Shown: positions 28,631 through 39,882, numbered from the stretch's first letter. The stretch: 64,000 bases of DNA from Chloroflexota bacterium (GCA_005881715.1 VBEE01000035.1:12260-76259), one strand, 5' to 3'. Notes: generated by a model from the letters alone, not told the origin. Made by a program: numbers and translations.

Positions 28631-30494
28631 GCGAAACCATGACCTCCTTCGTTCGTTCCGACAACGCCTCACGGACTCCATCGACGATCTCGTTCCGCGA
28701 GAACGGCCGGCCGTCGTATTTCAGGACGCGATGATCGAGCGCGATGCCGGTCTGCTCCCGGATGAGTGCGCCCAGTTGCCCGGAGTAGTTCGCTTCGATC
28801 AGCACGGCGCGCTTGGCGTCGCGAAGCACGGCTTCGACCTCCTGGGCCGGGAATGGCCGCATCAGGCGCACCTGGAGAAAATTCACCGAGAAACCTTCCA
28901 GCTCGAGCTCGGTCATCCCATCCAGGATTGCGCCCTTCGTGGTGCCCCAGCCGACCAGGGTCAGGTCCGCACGCCGCGGGCCGTGCAGCTTGAATTTGAA
29001 GGACTCCGGAATCTCACGGGCGGCGGTCTGCAGCTTGACCATGCGCTTGCGCATCATCGTGATCCGGTTCTCGATGCCTTCGGTGATATGGCCTTCGGGG
29101 TCGTGCTCATCGCTGGTGGTTGAGAAGATGCCGCCCGCGGTTCCGGGCAGCGCGCGCGGGCTGATGCCATCCGCTGTGATGGCGTGGCGCCGGTAGCCAT
29201 TCTTTTCGGGGCTGACCGGCTGGTACACCAGGCCGCGATCGATCTTGAGCTTGCTGGTGTCGAGCCGGTCGGACGTGAACAACGAGGACGCCAGAAACTT
29301 TTCCAGCAGCACGATCACCGGGACCTGGTAGCGGTCGGCCCAGTTGAAGCTTTCGAAGCTGTCGACGAACGCTTCCTCGATGTCGCCGGAGGCGATCACG
29401 ATATGCGGGAAATCACCGTGGGCGGGATGCAGGGCGAACTGCAGGTCGGCCTGCTCGGTTCGAGTCGGCAGCCCGGTTGAGGGACCACCGCGTTGCCAGA
29501 GGAAGACCACCGGGCCCGGTGCCTCGGTGATCGCGGCGAATCCAAATCCCTCCGACATCAGGGCGAAGCCGGGGCCCGCCGTAGAGGTTGCCGCCCGAAT
29601 GCCCATGTGCGCGGCCCCGATCGCCATGTTGATGCTGGCAATTTCGTCCTCCGCCTGCACCACGGTCAGCTGGTACTGCGGACCTTTGGCCTCCAGGTAG
29701 ACACTCTCGTCGGTGGCCGGGCTGATCGGGTAGTAAGTCTGAAGCCCCAGCCCCGCTTTGATCTTGGCGATGCCGACGGCCTGGACGCCCTTGATCAGGA
29801 TGCGCGGCTTCCGCTGCTCGGCCGGAAGCGCCGCCAGCCGGCGCGCCGGCCGCTCCTGGAAATGGGCGCGCACGTAGTCCGCGGCCGCCTTCACCGCCAG
29901 CACGTTCATCTCGGCCGCCTCCGCTTTGCGACCCTTGAAGCTTTCGCGGATTGCCTCGAACAGGAGATCTTCGTCGTAACCGATCAGGGCCACCGAGGCA
30001 CCAAGCGCGACGGTGTTCCGCATCACGATGTACTTTCGCGATTGCCCTCCCTTGCCAAGCTGTTTCAGCGCCTCCTCGAGCACCTCGAAGTATGGGACCG
30101 GATACAGGCGGATGTCGTCGCGCTTGAATTGGGCGGGGTCAATCTTGAGATCCGCGTCGTAGACGATGCCACCGCCCGGCGCGACCCGGTGGACGTGACC
30201 GATGTGGCTCGGGTAGTGCTTGCGTTCGAGTGCATCGCCGAAGAGGCTCTCCTGGTCGAGCGCGACGAGCATATGAATCTCGTCGACGTGCGAACGGACG
30301 GGCAGGGGAGCGGCGGTCACCCGGTAATAGCTGTGCTTGCCCATGATGTTCGAGTGGAACTCGATGTTGGCGAAGACGTGCAGGCCGCCGCGCGTCAGCG
30401 CTTTGGCGTAGATCTCGGCCGAGGCATTGATGCCTCCGCCCTGGGGGCCGCCGATGACCCAGGAGAGTTCCCGGCGGCTGAGTTCAGTAGGCAC
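28623..30494 (-). CDS. 2-oxoacid:ferredoxin oxidoreductase alpha subunit (gamma-alpha fused)
   Basis: IGGPQGGGIN, YYPISPATD, QAEDEIAS, QRGGPSTGLPT; GTG at 30494 assumed. Confidence 0.95.
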   Translation of the reverse strand: MPTELSRRELSWVIGGPQGGGINASAEIYAKALTRGGLHVFANIEFHSNIMGKHSYYRVTAAPLPVRSHVDEIHMLVALDQESLFGDALERKHYPSHIGHVHRVAPGGGIVYDADLKIDPAQFKRDDIRLYPVPYFEVLEEALKQLGKGGQSRKYIVMRNTVALGASVALIGYDEDLLFEAIRESFKGRKAEAAEMNVLAVKAAADYVRAHFQERPARRLAALPAEQRKPRILIKGVQAVGIAKIKAGLGLQTYYPISPATDESVYLEAKGPQYQLTVVQAEDEIASINMAIGAAHMGIRAATSTAGPGFALMSEGFGFAAITEAPGPVVFLWQRGGPSTGLPTRTEQADLQFALHPAHGDFPHIVIASGDIEEAFVDSFESFNWADRYQVPVIVLLEKFLASSLFTSDRLDTSKLKIDRGLVYQPVSPEKNGYRRHAITADGISPRALPGTAGGIFSTTSDEHDPEGHITEGIENRITMMRKRMVKLQTAAREIPESFKFKLHGPRRADLTLVGWGTTKGAILDGMTELELEGFSVNFLQVRLMRPFPAQEVEAVLRDAKRAVLIEANYSGQLGALIREQTGIALDHRVLKYDGRPFSRNEIVDGVREALSERTKEVMVSHA

Positions 30495-31587
30495 GACCAG
30501 CGCTGATTTTAGCGTTAGACCAGATTCCCGGGATCTTGAAGCCGCACCGATAGCAAGTCCCAAGCCCGGTCAATCGGTCTTCGAGGATTCGATAGCCAAA
30601 CCGCCGCACCAGCGCCGTCTGGCACGAGGGGCATCGGGTGTCTTCGTAGCGGCCGACCCGGCCCGGAAGGTTGCCGGCATAGATGTACTGCAGGCCGGCC
30701 GCCTCACCGATCGCGGCGGCTCGGAGCAGGGTCTGCGGCGTGGTGTTGTCCGGGTCCTGCATCCTGTAGTCCTTGTGGAAGGCGGTCACGTGCCAGGGGA
30801 TGCTGGGCGAGAGGCCAGCGAGGAAACGCGCGATGTCCCCCAGCTCTTCGTCGCTGTCATTGAATCCGGGAATGATCAGCGTGACGATCTCGAGCCAGAA
30901 ACCCATCTCATGCACCATCCGAACGCCGTTCACGATGTTCTCGAGCTTGCCGCCGAGGGAGCGGTAATTCTTGTCGCGGAAAGACTTGAGGTCGATCTTG
31001 TAGAGATCGGTAAAGGGGCGGATGTACTCGAGGACTTCCCGAGTGGCATTGCCGTTGGAGATGTACGCCGTCATGAAGCCACGCGGCCGCGCTTCCTTGA
31101 ATACCTCAACCGCCCACTCGGAGGTGATCAGGGGCTCGTTGTATGAGGTGGCGACCACCGACGCCTCCTGACGCTGGGCAATATCGACCAGCTGCCGGGG
31201 CCTGACATCCATCGGCTCGGATAGCGCACCTGGATCGCGCAGCGCCTGCGACGTGACCCAGTTTTGGCAGTAGGAGCAGTGCAGGTCACAACCGAGCATG
31301 CCGAACGTGAGGGCGTCGGTGCCGGGAAACGCGTGGAAGAAGGGCTTCTTCTCGATCGGGTCGCACTGCAGCGCCCCCACGTAGCCGCGCGGGACCATGA
31401 GGGTGCCGCCGCGGTTGTAGCGGACCTTGCAGATGCCGCGAAGCCCCTCCTTGATCAGGCAGCGGTGGGCGCAGGCGTAGCAGCGAACCTGGTCGTCTGG
31501 CAGCTTTTCGTAGAGCGTTCCGAGGGCGCCCTCCTCGACCCGCCGGTCGAGCGCCTGGGAGAACGGGGTTGCCTCTTTGGCGGGCAT
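30484..31587 (-). CDS. amrS: AmmeMemoRadiSam system radical SAM enzyme
   Basis: CYACAHRC...GICKVR, DPIEKKPFFH, GCDLHCSYCQNW, YNEPLI, PWHVTAFH. Confidence 0.93.
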   Translation of the reverse strand: MPAKEATPFSQALDRRVEEGALGTLYEKLPDDQVRCYACAHRCLIKEGLRGICKVRYNRGGTLMVPRGYVGALQCDPIEKKPFFHAFPGTDALTFGMLGCDLHCSYCQNWVTSQALRDPGALSEPMDVRPRQLVDIAQRQEASVVATSYNEPLITSEWAVEVFKEARPRGFMTAYISNGNATREVLEYIRPFTDLYKIDLKSFRDKNYRSLGGKLENIVNGVRMVHEMGFWLEIVTLIIPGFNDSDEELGDIARFLAGLSPSIPWHVTAFHKDYRMQDPDNTTPQTLLRAAAIGEAAGLQYIYAGNLPGRVGRYEDTRCPSCQTALVRRFGYRILEDRLTGLGTCYRCGFKIPGIWSNAKISAGRAY

Positions 31588-31606
31588 AGCCTGAATATAG
31601 AGGGAG

Positions 31607-32005
31607 ATGGAGCAGCTTCGACAGGCCGTGATGGTGCTACTTGCTATCAGCGCGGTGATCTGCCTGGCGGCGATCGCAAGCGCGTCGTATGAGTTCAGAA
31701 CCGGCCGTCTCGTCCGCTATCCCTTTCGCCGGAAGGTTCCCGCGACAGCGGAAGACATTCGAAAGAACGGCCTCGCACTCGTGCTCAACGACCTCGGAGT
31801 GTTGCTGGTCGACTTTATCGTCGTCTCAGGCGTGCTGCTGGAGGGAGCTCGTTTCGACCCTGTACTCGGCGTCGGCTATCTCGTCGCTGGGGCCGCGGGA
31901 TTCGCGGCATCGTTCCTCACGATGTTCGCCTCAATCCACCTCCGGGGCGACGTGCGCTATGTGAAGCGTCAGAAGGCTGCGTCGGTTCCGTCGGCTCAGA
32001 CTTAG
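31607..32005 (+). CDS. Hypothetical membrane protein (about 3 TM)
   Basis: 132-aa hydrophobic ORF with a purine-rich RBS, filling the gap. Confidence 0.65.
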   Translation: MEQLRQAVMVLLAISAVICLAAIASASYEFRTGRLVRYPFRRKVPATAEDIRKNGLALVLNDLGVLLVDFIVVSGVLLEGARFDPVLGVGYLVAGAAGFAASFLTMFASIHLRGDVRYVKRQKAASVPSAQT

Positions 32006-33717
32006 GCCGCGTTCGGGACGACCTGCAACCGTTTCGGCCGGACGAAACCGCTGTTGGGGGCCGGGTCGAAATAGCTGACCGGCACCGCGTTGCCGGTCGA
32101 CTCGAGCACTTCCATCATCCGCGGAATGGCCCCGGTCGCGGTCAGCATCCCGGTGACCTTGCCGTTCTCATACCCCGTCTGTTTGTAGACGAAGATGTCC
32201 TGAAGCGAGATCTGATCGCCCTCGATCCCGGTCACCTCGGAGATGTACGTGATCTTCCGGGTGCCGTCTCGCAAGCGGTTCTGCTGGATGATGATGTTGA
32301 TGGCCGACGCAATCTGCTCCCGAATGGCGCGGGACGGCAGTTCCATGCCGGCCATCAGGACGAGCGTCTCGAGGCGGGAGATCGTGTCTCGAGGCGTATT
32401 CGAGTGCACCGTGGTCAGCGACCCATCGTGACCGGTGTTCATGGCCTGGAGCATGTCCAGAGCCTCTCCGCTGCGGACTTCTCCCACGACGATCCGGTCG
32501 GGCCGCATTCGGAGGGTGTTGATGACGAGGTCGCGAATGCTGACGCCACCCTTGCCTTCCACGTTGTTGGGCCGCGACTCCAGGTTGATCACGTGGATCT
32601 GACGCAGCTGCAACTCCGCGGCGTCCTCAACCGTGATGATCCGCTCGTCTGAAGGGATGAAGCTCGAGAGCACATTGAGCGTCGTGGTCTTTCCCGACGA
32701 CCCACCACCGGCCACCACGATGTTCATCCGGGCGTTCACGCAAGCCTTGAGAAAGACGGCCATCTCCTCGGTCAGGGTCTGATTCTTGATCAGGTCCGTG
32801 ATCTGGAGGGGGTCTTTGCGCATCTTGCGGATGGTCACCGACGCACCCCTCACCGCCAGCGGCGGGATGATCACGTTGACTCGAGAACCGTCGGGAAGAC
32901 GGGCGTCAACCATCGGCGAGCTCTCATCGACACGTCGCCCAACTCCCGTGACGATTCGCGAGATGATCTGCATCAGGTGGGCATCGCTGTCGAACTTGAT
33001 GGCCGCCCGCTGCATCTTGCTGCCACGCTCGACGTAGACCTTGTTTGGGCCGTTGACCATGATGTCGGAGATCGCCTCGTCGGCGAGCAGCAAATCGAGG
33101 GGACCAAAGCCCAGGATGTCGGCGAGGAGCGCTCCCAGCAACTTGTCGCGGGTCTGGGTGGTCAGCGTCACCCGGCGGGCGCTCAGGTAGGCGTCGAGCA
33201 CCTCGGTCGCCCGCTGGCTGATCGCCTCTCGGTCAAGTTCGTTCGCCCGCTCACCGAGCTCGCCGATGATCCGGTCATGGACGGCGGCCTTGATCCGGTG
33301 CAGCCGCTCGGCTTCGGGCAGGTCGCTGAGATTGGCGTTCGCGGGCGCCGGCCTGGGCTCATCGCCGGGCGCCGGGCGGGCCGCCGCCACGCGGTCCGAG
33401 AGCCTCGGTGCGGGCGCCGGCTCGGGAGCTGGCGGTGGCGCGGCGGTCGGCCGCGGGGCTGGTGCCGGTGGGGAGAGTGGTCTTGCGATGGGCTTTGGCG
33501 CCACAGGCGGGAGCGGTGGACGGACGGGGACCGGCGGCCGAGTTGGGTTCGGGCTGTACGGGGCTGACCGAGCCGGCGGCAGGGGGCGCTGGCTTTGCTG
33601 GGGCGGCGGAGCCGAAGGGGCTACCGGCGGCTGGCTCGGCCGTGCGGGCGCCTTGGGGGCCGGGGGCGGCGATCCGGGTTCGCCCTGGGATTTCTGAATA
33701 CGTTCGAGCAGCGACAA
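32002..33717 (-). CDS. cpaF: CpaF/TadA-family secretion ATPase with long Pro-rich N-terminus
   Basis: [62 protein letters not shown]. Confidence 0.92.
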   Translation of the reverse strand: MSLLERIQKSQGEPGSPPPAPKAPARPSQPPVAPSAPPPQQSQRPLPPARSAPYSPNPTRPPVPVRPPLPPVAPKPIARPLSPPAPAPRPTAAPPPAPEPAPAPRLSDRVAAARPAPGDEPRPAPANANLSDLPEAERLHRIKAAVHDRIIGELGERANELDREAISQRATEVLDAYLSARRVTLTTQTRDKLLGALLADILGFGPLDLLLADEAISDIMVNGPNKVYVERGSKMQRAAIKFDSDAHLMQIISRIVTGVGRRVDESSPMVDARLPDGSRVNVIIPPLAVRGASVTIRKMRKDPLQITDLIKNQTLTEEMAVFLKACVNARMNIVVAGGGSSGKTTTLNVLSSFIPSDERIITVEDAAELQLRQIHVINLESRPNNVEGKGGVSIRDLVINTLRMRPDRIVVGEVRSGEALDMLQAMNTGHDGSLTTVHSNTPRDTISRLETLVLMAGMELPSRAIREQIASAINIIIQQNRLRDGTRKITYISEVTGIEGDQISLQDIFVYKQTGYENGKVTGMLTATGAIPRMMEVLESTGNAVPVSYFDPAPNSGFVRPKRLQVVPNAA

Positions 33718-33924
33718 GCGGTTCTCTACCCCCAGTTCGTTCGAATTGGCGAACCGAGCCGAATGCTACGGAGCGAGCCTTACGAACCAGACAGCGCGCG
33801 GGTAACAGGGCGATGGCACGGCTGCCACAGCTCCAGCGCTGGCCGATGACTGCGAATTACGCAGGAATACGAGTTGAATTCCGATTTGCCTGAGAGCACC
33901 ATCATTTAACGGGAGGTCGAATCT

Positions 33925-34065
33925 ATGTCGTTATCGAAGATCTTTCTGATCATCGCTCTCATCTGCTTCATTCTCGACGCGCTCGCCGGCCGCATGAAGT
34001 TCCGGGCGCCTTTCGGCTTGCTGGCCGGGGGCCTGGCGTTCCTGACCGCGTCGCAGCTCTTCTAG
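33925..34065 (+). CDS. Small (46 aa) two-TM membrane protein, below the ORF-track cutoff
   Basis: GGGAGG RBS 8 nt before the ATG; MSLSKIFLIIALICFILDALAGRMKFRAPFGLLAGGLAFLTASQLF*. Confidence 0.75.
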   Translation: MSLSKIFLIIALICFILDALAGRMKFRAPFGLLAGGLAFLTASQLF

Positions 34066-34074
34066 GGGCCGTTC

Positions 34075-34413
34075 TTAGAGGAAGCCAAGTTCCATCTTGG
34101 CGTCGTCGCTCATCATGTCGGCGCTCCACGGTGGGGAGTAGACGAGCTCGACCGTACAGGCGGCGACGCCTGGGACCTCTTCGACCTTGGATTTGACCTC
34201 GTCGAACAGGTCCTGCGCCCACGGGCACCCGATCGCAGTCAGCGTCATTTTGACGAGCACATTGCCCTCGTCGATATTCAACTCGTAGACCAGCCCGAGC
34301 GACATGATGTCCAGGCCGATCTCCGGATCGCGACAGGTCGCGAGCTGGGCCTCGACCTGCTGGCGCAGATCACCCGAGGCCGGCGCCTGGGTCGTTTCCA
34401 TGGTGTCCGCCAT
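34075..34413 (-). CDS. Metal-sulfur cluster assembly factor (SufT/DUF59)
   Basis: DPEIGLDIMSLGLVY, MTLTAIGCP, PPWSADMMS. Confidence 0.92.
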   Translation of the reverse strand: MADTMETTQAPASGDLRQQVEAQLATCRDPEIGLDIMSLGLVYELNIDEGNVLVKMTLTAIGCPWAQDLFDEVKSKVEEVPGVAACTVELVYSPPWSADMMSDDAKMELGFL

Positions 34414-34422
34414 AGTCAAATC

Positions 34423-34737
34423 TTAGTCCGGAACCTCGACAAAGACGTCGCCGTTCTCGACCGTCACCTCGAAGGTTTTCGCGGGGATCACCGCAGGCAG
34501 GCCGGTCACCTTTCCGGTGCGGACGTCGAAGCGGGAGCCGTGCCGCGGGCATTCGACGGACATCTCCCACAGCTCGCCTTCGCATAGGGAGTACTCCTCG
34601 TGCGTGCAGGTGTCGCCGATGGCATAAAAGTTGTCGTCCTCCGCGTGCACCAGGCAGATCGGCTCGCCGTCGACGTCAACGCGCATCATCGACTCCTTTG
34701 GCAGGTCGGCCGTGGACGCCACGCGCTGCTTGGTCAC
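34423..34737 (-). CDS. Rieske [2Fe-2S] ferredoxin
   Basis: CTHEEYSL...ECPRHGSRFDVRTG. Confidence 0.93.
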   Translation of the reverse strand: MTKQRVASTADLPKESMMRVDVDGEPICLVHAEDDNFYAIGDTCTHEEYSLCEGELWEMSVECPRHGSRFDVRTGKVTGLPAVIPAKTFEVTVENGDVFVEVPD

Positions 34738-34738
34738 G

Positions 34739-36013
34739 CTATTCAATGCGGGCAGCCAGCTCCTGCTCCACGGCATCACGGACCAGCGGTACGGGGATTC
34801 GGTCGAGCACCTCCCCGAGGAATCCCTGGACCAGCATCCGCTCGGCGACCGGATGGGGAATCCCCCGGCTCTCCAGGTAGAAGAGGTGTTCGGGGTCCAC
34901 CGGACCGACGGTTGCGCCGTGGCTGCAGCGCAAGATGTCGTTATTCAAGATCTCGAGGATGGGCTCGGAGGTCGCCTTTGCCTTTTCGGAAAGCAGCAGG
35001 TTGCGATTGGCCTGGTTCGAGGAACTTCCGCGCGCCGCCGCTTCGACCCGAACCACGCCCACGTACACGCTTTTCGCCTGGTCGCGCAGGGCTCCTTTGA
35101 AGAGCAGATCGGAGGTGGTGTGGGGCCCGACGTGATCCTGCAGGGTGCGGAAATCGAACGCTTGTTCACCGGTGCCGAAGAACAGGCCCTTCATATCTGC
35201 GCTCGAGCCCGGCCCTTCCAGGATGGCTTCCACACGGAGCCGGGCCAGGTGAGCGCCCAGGGCAACGTCGACCATCCGCAGGCGCGCGTCACGACCAAGA
35301 TGAAATCGCTGGTTGGCAAACTGCCACGTTTTGACGCTCCAGTGCTGGAGCGCGACGTAGCCCACCTCCGCCCCCTCCTCGAGGAAGACCTCGGACGACC
35401 CGCTGGCAAGGGTCGCTTCCTGGCGGTCGCTGCTCAGGAACTGGTCGACGAATTGGAACCGGGAGCCCTTGCCGGCGACCACCAGCGAGTGCGGCAACAC
35501 GGCCGCGCCGGGGCCGCCCGACCAGAACTGGCTCACCAGCGGCTGCTCAACCGTTACCCCGTCGGGAACATAGAGGAAGCTCCCACCACTGAACAGCGCG
35601 GCGTGCAAGGCGGCGAACTTGTCTCGCTCCGGCTTGACGGCACTGAACAAGTAGCGCTGGACCAGCTCGGGATAAGCGGAGGCGGCGGCTGCCAGCGGCA
35701 TGAGGATCACGCCGCGCCGGGCAAGATCTGGCGCGATGGACGCCACCGCCGGGGAGGTTCCGCGCTGACGAAGTGTCGCCCCCACGTTCTCAAGAGTTCC
35801 GGCCGGAGCCAGGCCATTCGGCTGCTGGAACGCCGCGTAGGCCTCGAGGTTCAGGGCCTTGAGGTCGACCTGTTTCCAGTCCTCATTGCGCCTTGTATCC
35901 GGCAGGCTCATACCCTCGAACACGCCGAAGGCATCGAGCCGGCGGGCGCGCAGCCACTCAGGTTCGCCGTGAAGAGCGCTCAGCTCTTCGACGGCAGCCT
36001 TCGTAAATGCCAT
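34739..36013 (-). CDS. sufD: Fe-S cluster assembly protein SufD
   Basis: EDWK, PILEILNNDILRCSHGATVG, FYLESRGI. Confidence 0.93.
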   Translation of the reverse strand: MAFTKAAVEELSALHGEPEWLRARRLDAFGVFEGMSLPDTRRNEDWKQVDLKALNLEAYAAFQQPNGLAPAGTLENVGATLRQRGTSPAVASIAPDLARRGVILMPLAAAASAYPELVQRYLFSAVKPERDKFAALHAALFSGGSFLYVPDGVTVEQPLVSQFWSGGPGAAVLPHSLVVAGKGSRFQFVDQFLSSDRQEATLASGSSEVFLEEGAEVGYVALQHWSVKTWQFANQRFHLGRDARLRMVDVALGAHLARLRVEAILEGPGSSADMKGLFFGTGEQAFDFRTLQDHVGPHTTSDLLFKGALRDQAKSVYVGVVRVEAAARGSSSNQANRNLLLSEKAKATSEPILEILNNDILRCSHGATVGPVDPEHLFYLESRGIPHPVAERMLVQGFLGEVLDRIPVPLVRDAVEQELAARIE

Positions 36014-37426
36014 CTACCCGACGGAGCCGATCATCTCGAGCTGGATCAGGCGATTCAGCTCGACGGCGTACTCGATCGGAAGCTCCTTGGTGAAGGGTTC
36101 GATGAAGCCGTTCACGATCATCGTTTCGGCCTCGGCCCTGGTGATGCCCCGGCTTTGCAAGTAGAAGAGTTGCTCGTCTGACACCTTGCTGACCGTGGCC
36201 TCGTGTCCGATCCGGACCTGGGGCTCATCCACCTCGGTCGTGGGATACGTGTCTGAACGCGACTGCTCGTCCAGCAGCAACGCGTCGCATCGGACGAAGG
36301 ATTTCGAGTTCTTCGCGCCGGGATAGACCTTGACCAGTCCGCGGTAGGAGGTCCGCCCGCCGTTCTTCGAGATCGACTTCGAGACGATGTTCGAGCTGGT
36401 GTTCGGCGCCACGTGCACGGCCTTGCCGCCGGCATCCTGATGCTGGCCCTTGCCGGCAAACGCCACGCTAAGCACGTCGCCCTTCGCGCCGGGCTCCATC
36501 AGGTAGATCGAGGGATACTTCATCGTGATCTGCGAGCCGAGGTTGCCATCGACCCATTCCATGGTGGCATCGCCGTAGGCGACCGCCCGCTTCGTCACCA
36601 GGTTGTAGACGTTGGTCGACCAGTTCTGGACGGTGGTGTAGCGGCAACGCGCGCCACGCTTGACGATGATCTCGACCACCGCCGAGTGCAGGGAGTCCGT
36701 CGTGTAGATGGGCGCGGTGCAGCCCTCGATGTAGTGGACGAAGCTGTCCTCGTCGCAGATGATCAGGGTCCGCTCGAACTGCCCCATGTTCTCGGCGTTG
36801 ATCCGGAAGTAGGCCTGCAGCGGAATCTCGACCTTGACACCCTTGGGGACGTAGATGAAGGACCCACCCGACCAGACGGCGCTGTTCAAGGCCGCCAGCT
36901 TGTTGTCACCCGGTGGGATGATCGTGCCGAAGTACTCCTTGAAGAGGTCAGGGTGGTCCCGCAGCGCGCTGTCGGTGTCGGTGAAGATCACGCCCTTCGA
37001 CTCCAATTCTTTGTGCAGGGAGTGATAGACAACCTCAGATTCGTACTGCGCCGCCACGCCGGCGAGGAACTTCCGCTCCGCCTGGGGCACGCCGAGGCGG
37101 TCGAAGGTGTTCTTGATGTCGGCCGGCACGTCCTCCCAGGTCTTGCCCTGCTTCTCAGTCGACTTCAGGTAGTAATAGATGTTCTGGAAATCGATCGATG
37201 AAAGATCGGCGCCCCAGGTTGGCAGCTCCTTCTTGTCCCAAATCTGCAGCGCGCGCAGCCGGAACTTGGTCATCCACTCCGGCTCGTTCTTCATCCAGGA
37301 GATCTCTTTGACGACCTCTGGGCTCAGGCCTCGCTTGGCCTTGAAGACGAACTTCTCCGGGTCAAAGAAGCCGTACTTCTCCTTGTAGTTGTCGCCAACG
37401 TCGATTCGTGGAATCACGGTTGCCAT
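36014..37426 (-). CDS. sufB: Fe-S cluster assembly protein SufB
   Basis: [41 protein letters not shown]. No intein insertion. Confidence 0.97.
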   Translation of the reverse strand: MATVIPRIDVGDNYKEKYGFFDPEKFVFKAKRGLSPEVVKEISWMKNEPEWMTKFRLRALQIWDKKELPTWGADLSSIDFQNIYYYLKSTEKQGKTWEDVPADIKNTFDRLGVPQAERKFLAGVAAQYESEVVYHSLHKELESKGVIFTDTDSALRDHPDLFKEYFGTIIPPGDNKLAALNSAVWSGGSFIYVPKGVKVEIPLQAYFRINAENMGQFERTLIICDEDSFVHYIEGCTAPIYTTDSLHSAVVEIIVKRGARCRYTTVQNWSTNVYNLVTKRAVAYGDATMEWVDGNLGSQITMKYPSIYLMEPGAKGDVLSVAFAGKGQHQDAGGKAVHVAPNTSSNIVSKSISKNGGRTSYRGLVKVYPGAKNSKSFVRCDALLLDEQSRSDTYPTTEVDEPQVRIGHEATVSKVSDEQLFYLQSRGITRAEAETMIVNGFIEPFTKELPIEYAVELNRLIQLEMIGSVG

Positions 37427-38217
37427 TATTTTGCCTCCAGGGCCGCAGGCGCCTTAGCCGGTTCCTTGACCCATTCCGAATAGCCTTTTGCCTCGAGCCA
37501 ATCGGCGAGCTCAGCCCCGCCGGAACGAACGAACTCACCGTTGACAAGCACGTGCACGTAGTCGGGCTTGATGAATTTCAGGACCCGCGTGTAGTGGGTG
37601 ATGATCAGCACGCCCAGCTCGGGTCCGCGCATCTTGTTCACGGCATCGCTGACGAATTTGATCGAGTCGATGTCGAGACCCGAGTCCGTCTCATCCAGAA
37701 TCGCCATCTCGGGCTTCAGCACGGCCATCTGCAGGATCTCGGCGCGCTTCTTCTCGCCTCCCGAGAACCCCTCGTTCACGTAGCGCGACAAGAATGAGTC
37801 GTCCATCCGCAGCACCGACATCTCGTTCTTGAGCAGGGCGCGGAATTCCTTGACGCTGATCGCCTTGGATTTGTCCTTGCCGTCGAAGCCACGCTTGGCG
37901 TTGATCGCCGTCCGCAGAAAGTTCGACATCGTGATGCCGGGGACGACCACCGGGTATTGCAATGCAAGGAACATGCCGAGCTTGGCGCGCTGCTCAGTTG
38001 GCAGCGTCAGGACGTCCTTACCCTTGAAGAGGACCTGGCCGCCCACCACCTTGTAGTTCGGGTGACCCATCAGGGTGTGCGAGAGCGTGCTCTTGCCGGA
38101 GCCGTTCGGACCCATGACGGCGTGCACCTCGCCCTTGTTGACGGCGAGTGAAACGCCCTTCAGGATCTCGCGGCCCTCGACGCTCACGCGCAAATCCTTG
38201 ATCTCGAAATCTGGCAT
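37426..38217 (-). CDS. sufC: Fe-S cluster assembly ATPase SufC
   Basis: [33 protein letters not shown]. Confidence 0.97.
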   Translation of the reverse strand: MPDFEIKDLRVSVEGREILKGVSLAVNKGEVHAVMGPNGSGKSTLSHTLMGHPNYKVVGGQVLFKGKDVLTLPTEQRAKLGMFLALQYPVVVPGITMSNFLRTAINAKRGFDGKDKSKAISVKEFRALLKNEMSVLRMDDSFLSRYVNEGFSGGEKKRAEILQMAVLKPEMAILDETDSGLDIDSIKFVSDAVNKMRGPELGVLIITHYTRVLKFIKPDYVHVLVNGEFVRSGGAELADWLEAKGYSEWVKEPAKAPAALEAK

Positions 38218-38260
38218 TGCTCCTGTCAGTTTACCCGCGGATCCCGAATTCAAAGCCAAC

Positions 38261-38644
38261 TCAGTCCTCCTCCGGCACGTCGCCATTGAGCGCAACCCGC
38301 AGGGTATTGACCGAGAGCGTTGCGCACTTCATCCGGGCCGGGCTGATCTGGATGCCGAGCTCATCGAGGAGGTCCTTGGTCGGGAAGGTCTTCAACTGCT
38401 GCAGCGGCTTCCCCACGATCAGATCGGTCAGCATCGAGGCTGACGCCTGGCTGATCGCACAGCCTCGACCCCGGAAGCGGACATCGCCAAGACGCCCGTC
38501 GTCGAGCTTGAGGTAGAAGGTGATGACATCGCCGCAGAGGGGGTTATCGCCCTCCTGGGTGATGTCGGCATCGGGCAGCTCCCCGAAATGGTGCGGGTTC
38601 TTGTAATGCTCGAGGATCTGCTCCCGGTAGAGATCGTCACTCAT
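38261..38644 (-). CDS. sufU: SufU/NifU-like scaffold or sulfur-transfer protein
   Basis: LYREQILEHYKNP, NPLCGD, GCAISQASAS, RMKCATL. Confidence 0.95.
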   Translation of the reverse strand: MSDDLYREQILEHYKNPHHFGELPDADITQEGDNPLCGDVITFYLKLDDGRLGDVRFRGRGCAISQASASMLTDLIVGKPLQQLKTFPTKDLLDELGIQISPARMKCATLSVNTLRVALNGDVPEED

Positions 38645-38646
38645 GG

Positions 38647-39882
38647 TTATGCGAACACCTTTTGTGCCTTTTGAATTCCGCTGACCAGCTGGTCGATCTC
38701 GTCGACGCGGTTGTAGATGTAGAAGCTCGCCCGGGTCGTCGCCGCAACCCCCAGGCGGTCCATCAGGGGCTGGGTGCAATGGTGACCGGCGCGGACCGCG
38801 ATCCCCTCGCGGTCGACGAGGGTGGCGAGATCGTGCGGATGGATGTTGGCAAGCGTGAACGAAATCGCGCCCCCATGGAGCTCGGAGTCACGCGGGCCGT
38901 AGAGGGTGATGCCGGGAACCTCCTGCAGCTTCTCCAGCGCATAGTCGACCAGCGTCTGCTCGTGGGAGCGAACCCGGTCCATGCCGAACTGGGTGAGGTA
39001 GTCGACGGCCGCGCCGAGGCCGATGCCCTCGGCAACGCTCGGGGTGCCAGCCTCGAACTTCCAGGGGAGGTCGTTCCAGGTCGCCTCGTTGAGTCGGACC
39101 CGCTTGATCATGTCGCCCCCCCCGCGGAACGGGGGCATCGATTCGAGCAGCGATCGCCGGGCCCAGAGCACGCCGATCCCGGTTGGGCCGCACATCTTGT
39201 GCCCACTGAAGGCGTAGAAGTCGACGCCGAGATCCTGAACGTCGACCGGCATGTGCGGCACCGTCTGGGCGCCATCGACCAGCACCAACGCGCCGGCCCG
39301 GTGCGCGGCCTCGGCCACCGCCTTAATCGGATTGATTGTTCCCAGCGTGTTCGACTGGTGAGTGATGGCCAGCAGCTGCACGCCCTCGAGCTGCCGATCC
39401 AGCTGTTCGAGCTCGAGCAGCCCGTCATCATCGATGCGGAGGAAGCTGAGCGTCGCCTGGACCTCCTGGGCCAGGAGCTGCCAGGGCACCAGATTGCTGT
39501 GGTGCTCCATCTCGGTCAGCAGGATGCGTGCGCCCGGTCGGATGTTTGCCCTGCCCCAGCTGTAGCGCACCAGGTTGATCGCCTCGGTCGTGTTTCGGGT
39601 GAAAATCACTTCCTTGGGCGAGGCGGCGTTGATGAATGTCGCCACCCGCTGCCGGGCCGACTCGTAGGCGGCGGTCGCCTCCTCACTGATGGCGTAGACG
39701 CCGCGGTGCGGATTCGCGTTGTAGCGTCGGTAGTAGTCGTCCATGGTGTCGATGACAACGGCGGGCTTCTGCGAGGTCGCCGCGCTATCCAGATAAATGA
39801 GCGGCTTGCCGTTCACGCGCCGTCCCAGGATGGGGAAGTCGGCGCGCGCGGCTTCGGCGTTCAGCGCCCGGGTCTGGATCAC
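38647..39882 (-). CDS. sufS: Cysteine desulfurase SufS
   Basis: YLDSAATSQKP, MEHHSN, FSGHKMCGPTG, VRAGHHCTQP. Confidence 0.96.
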   Translation of the reverse strand: MIQTRALNAEAARADFPILGRRVNGKPLIYLDSAATSQKPAVVIDTMDDYYRRYNANPHRGVYAISEEATAAYESARQRVATFINAASPKEVIFTRNTTEAINLVRYSWGRANIRPGARILLTEMEHHSNLVPWQLLAQEVQATLSFLRIDDDGLLELEQLDRQLEGVQLLAITHQSNTLGTINPIKAVAEAAHRAGALVLVDGAQTVPHMPVDVQDLGVDFYAFSGHKMCGPTGIGVLWARRSLLESMPPFRGGGDMIKRVRLNEATWNDLPWKFEAGTPSVAEGIGLGAAVDYLTQFGMDRVRSHEQTLVDYALEKLQEVPGITLYGPRDSELHGGAISFTLANIHPHDLATLVDREGIAVRAGHHCTQPLMDRLGVAATTRASFYIYNRVDEIDQLVSGIQKAQKVFA

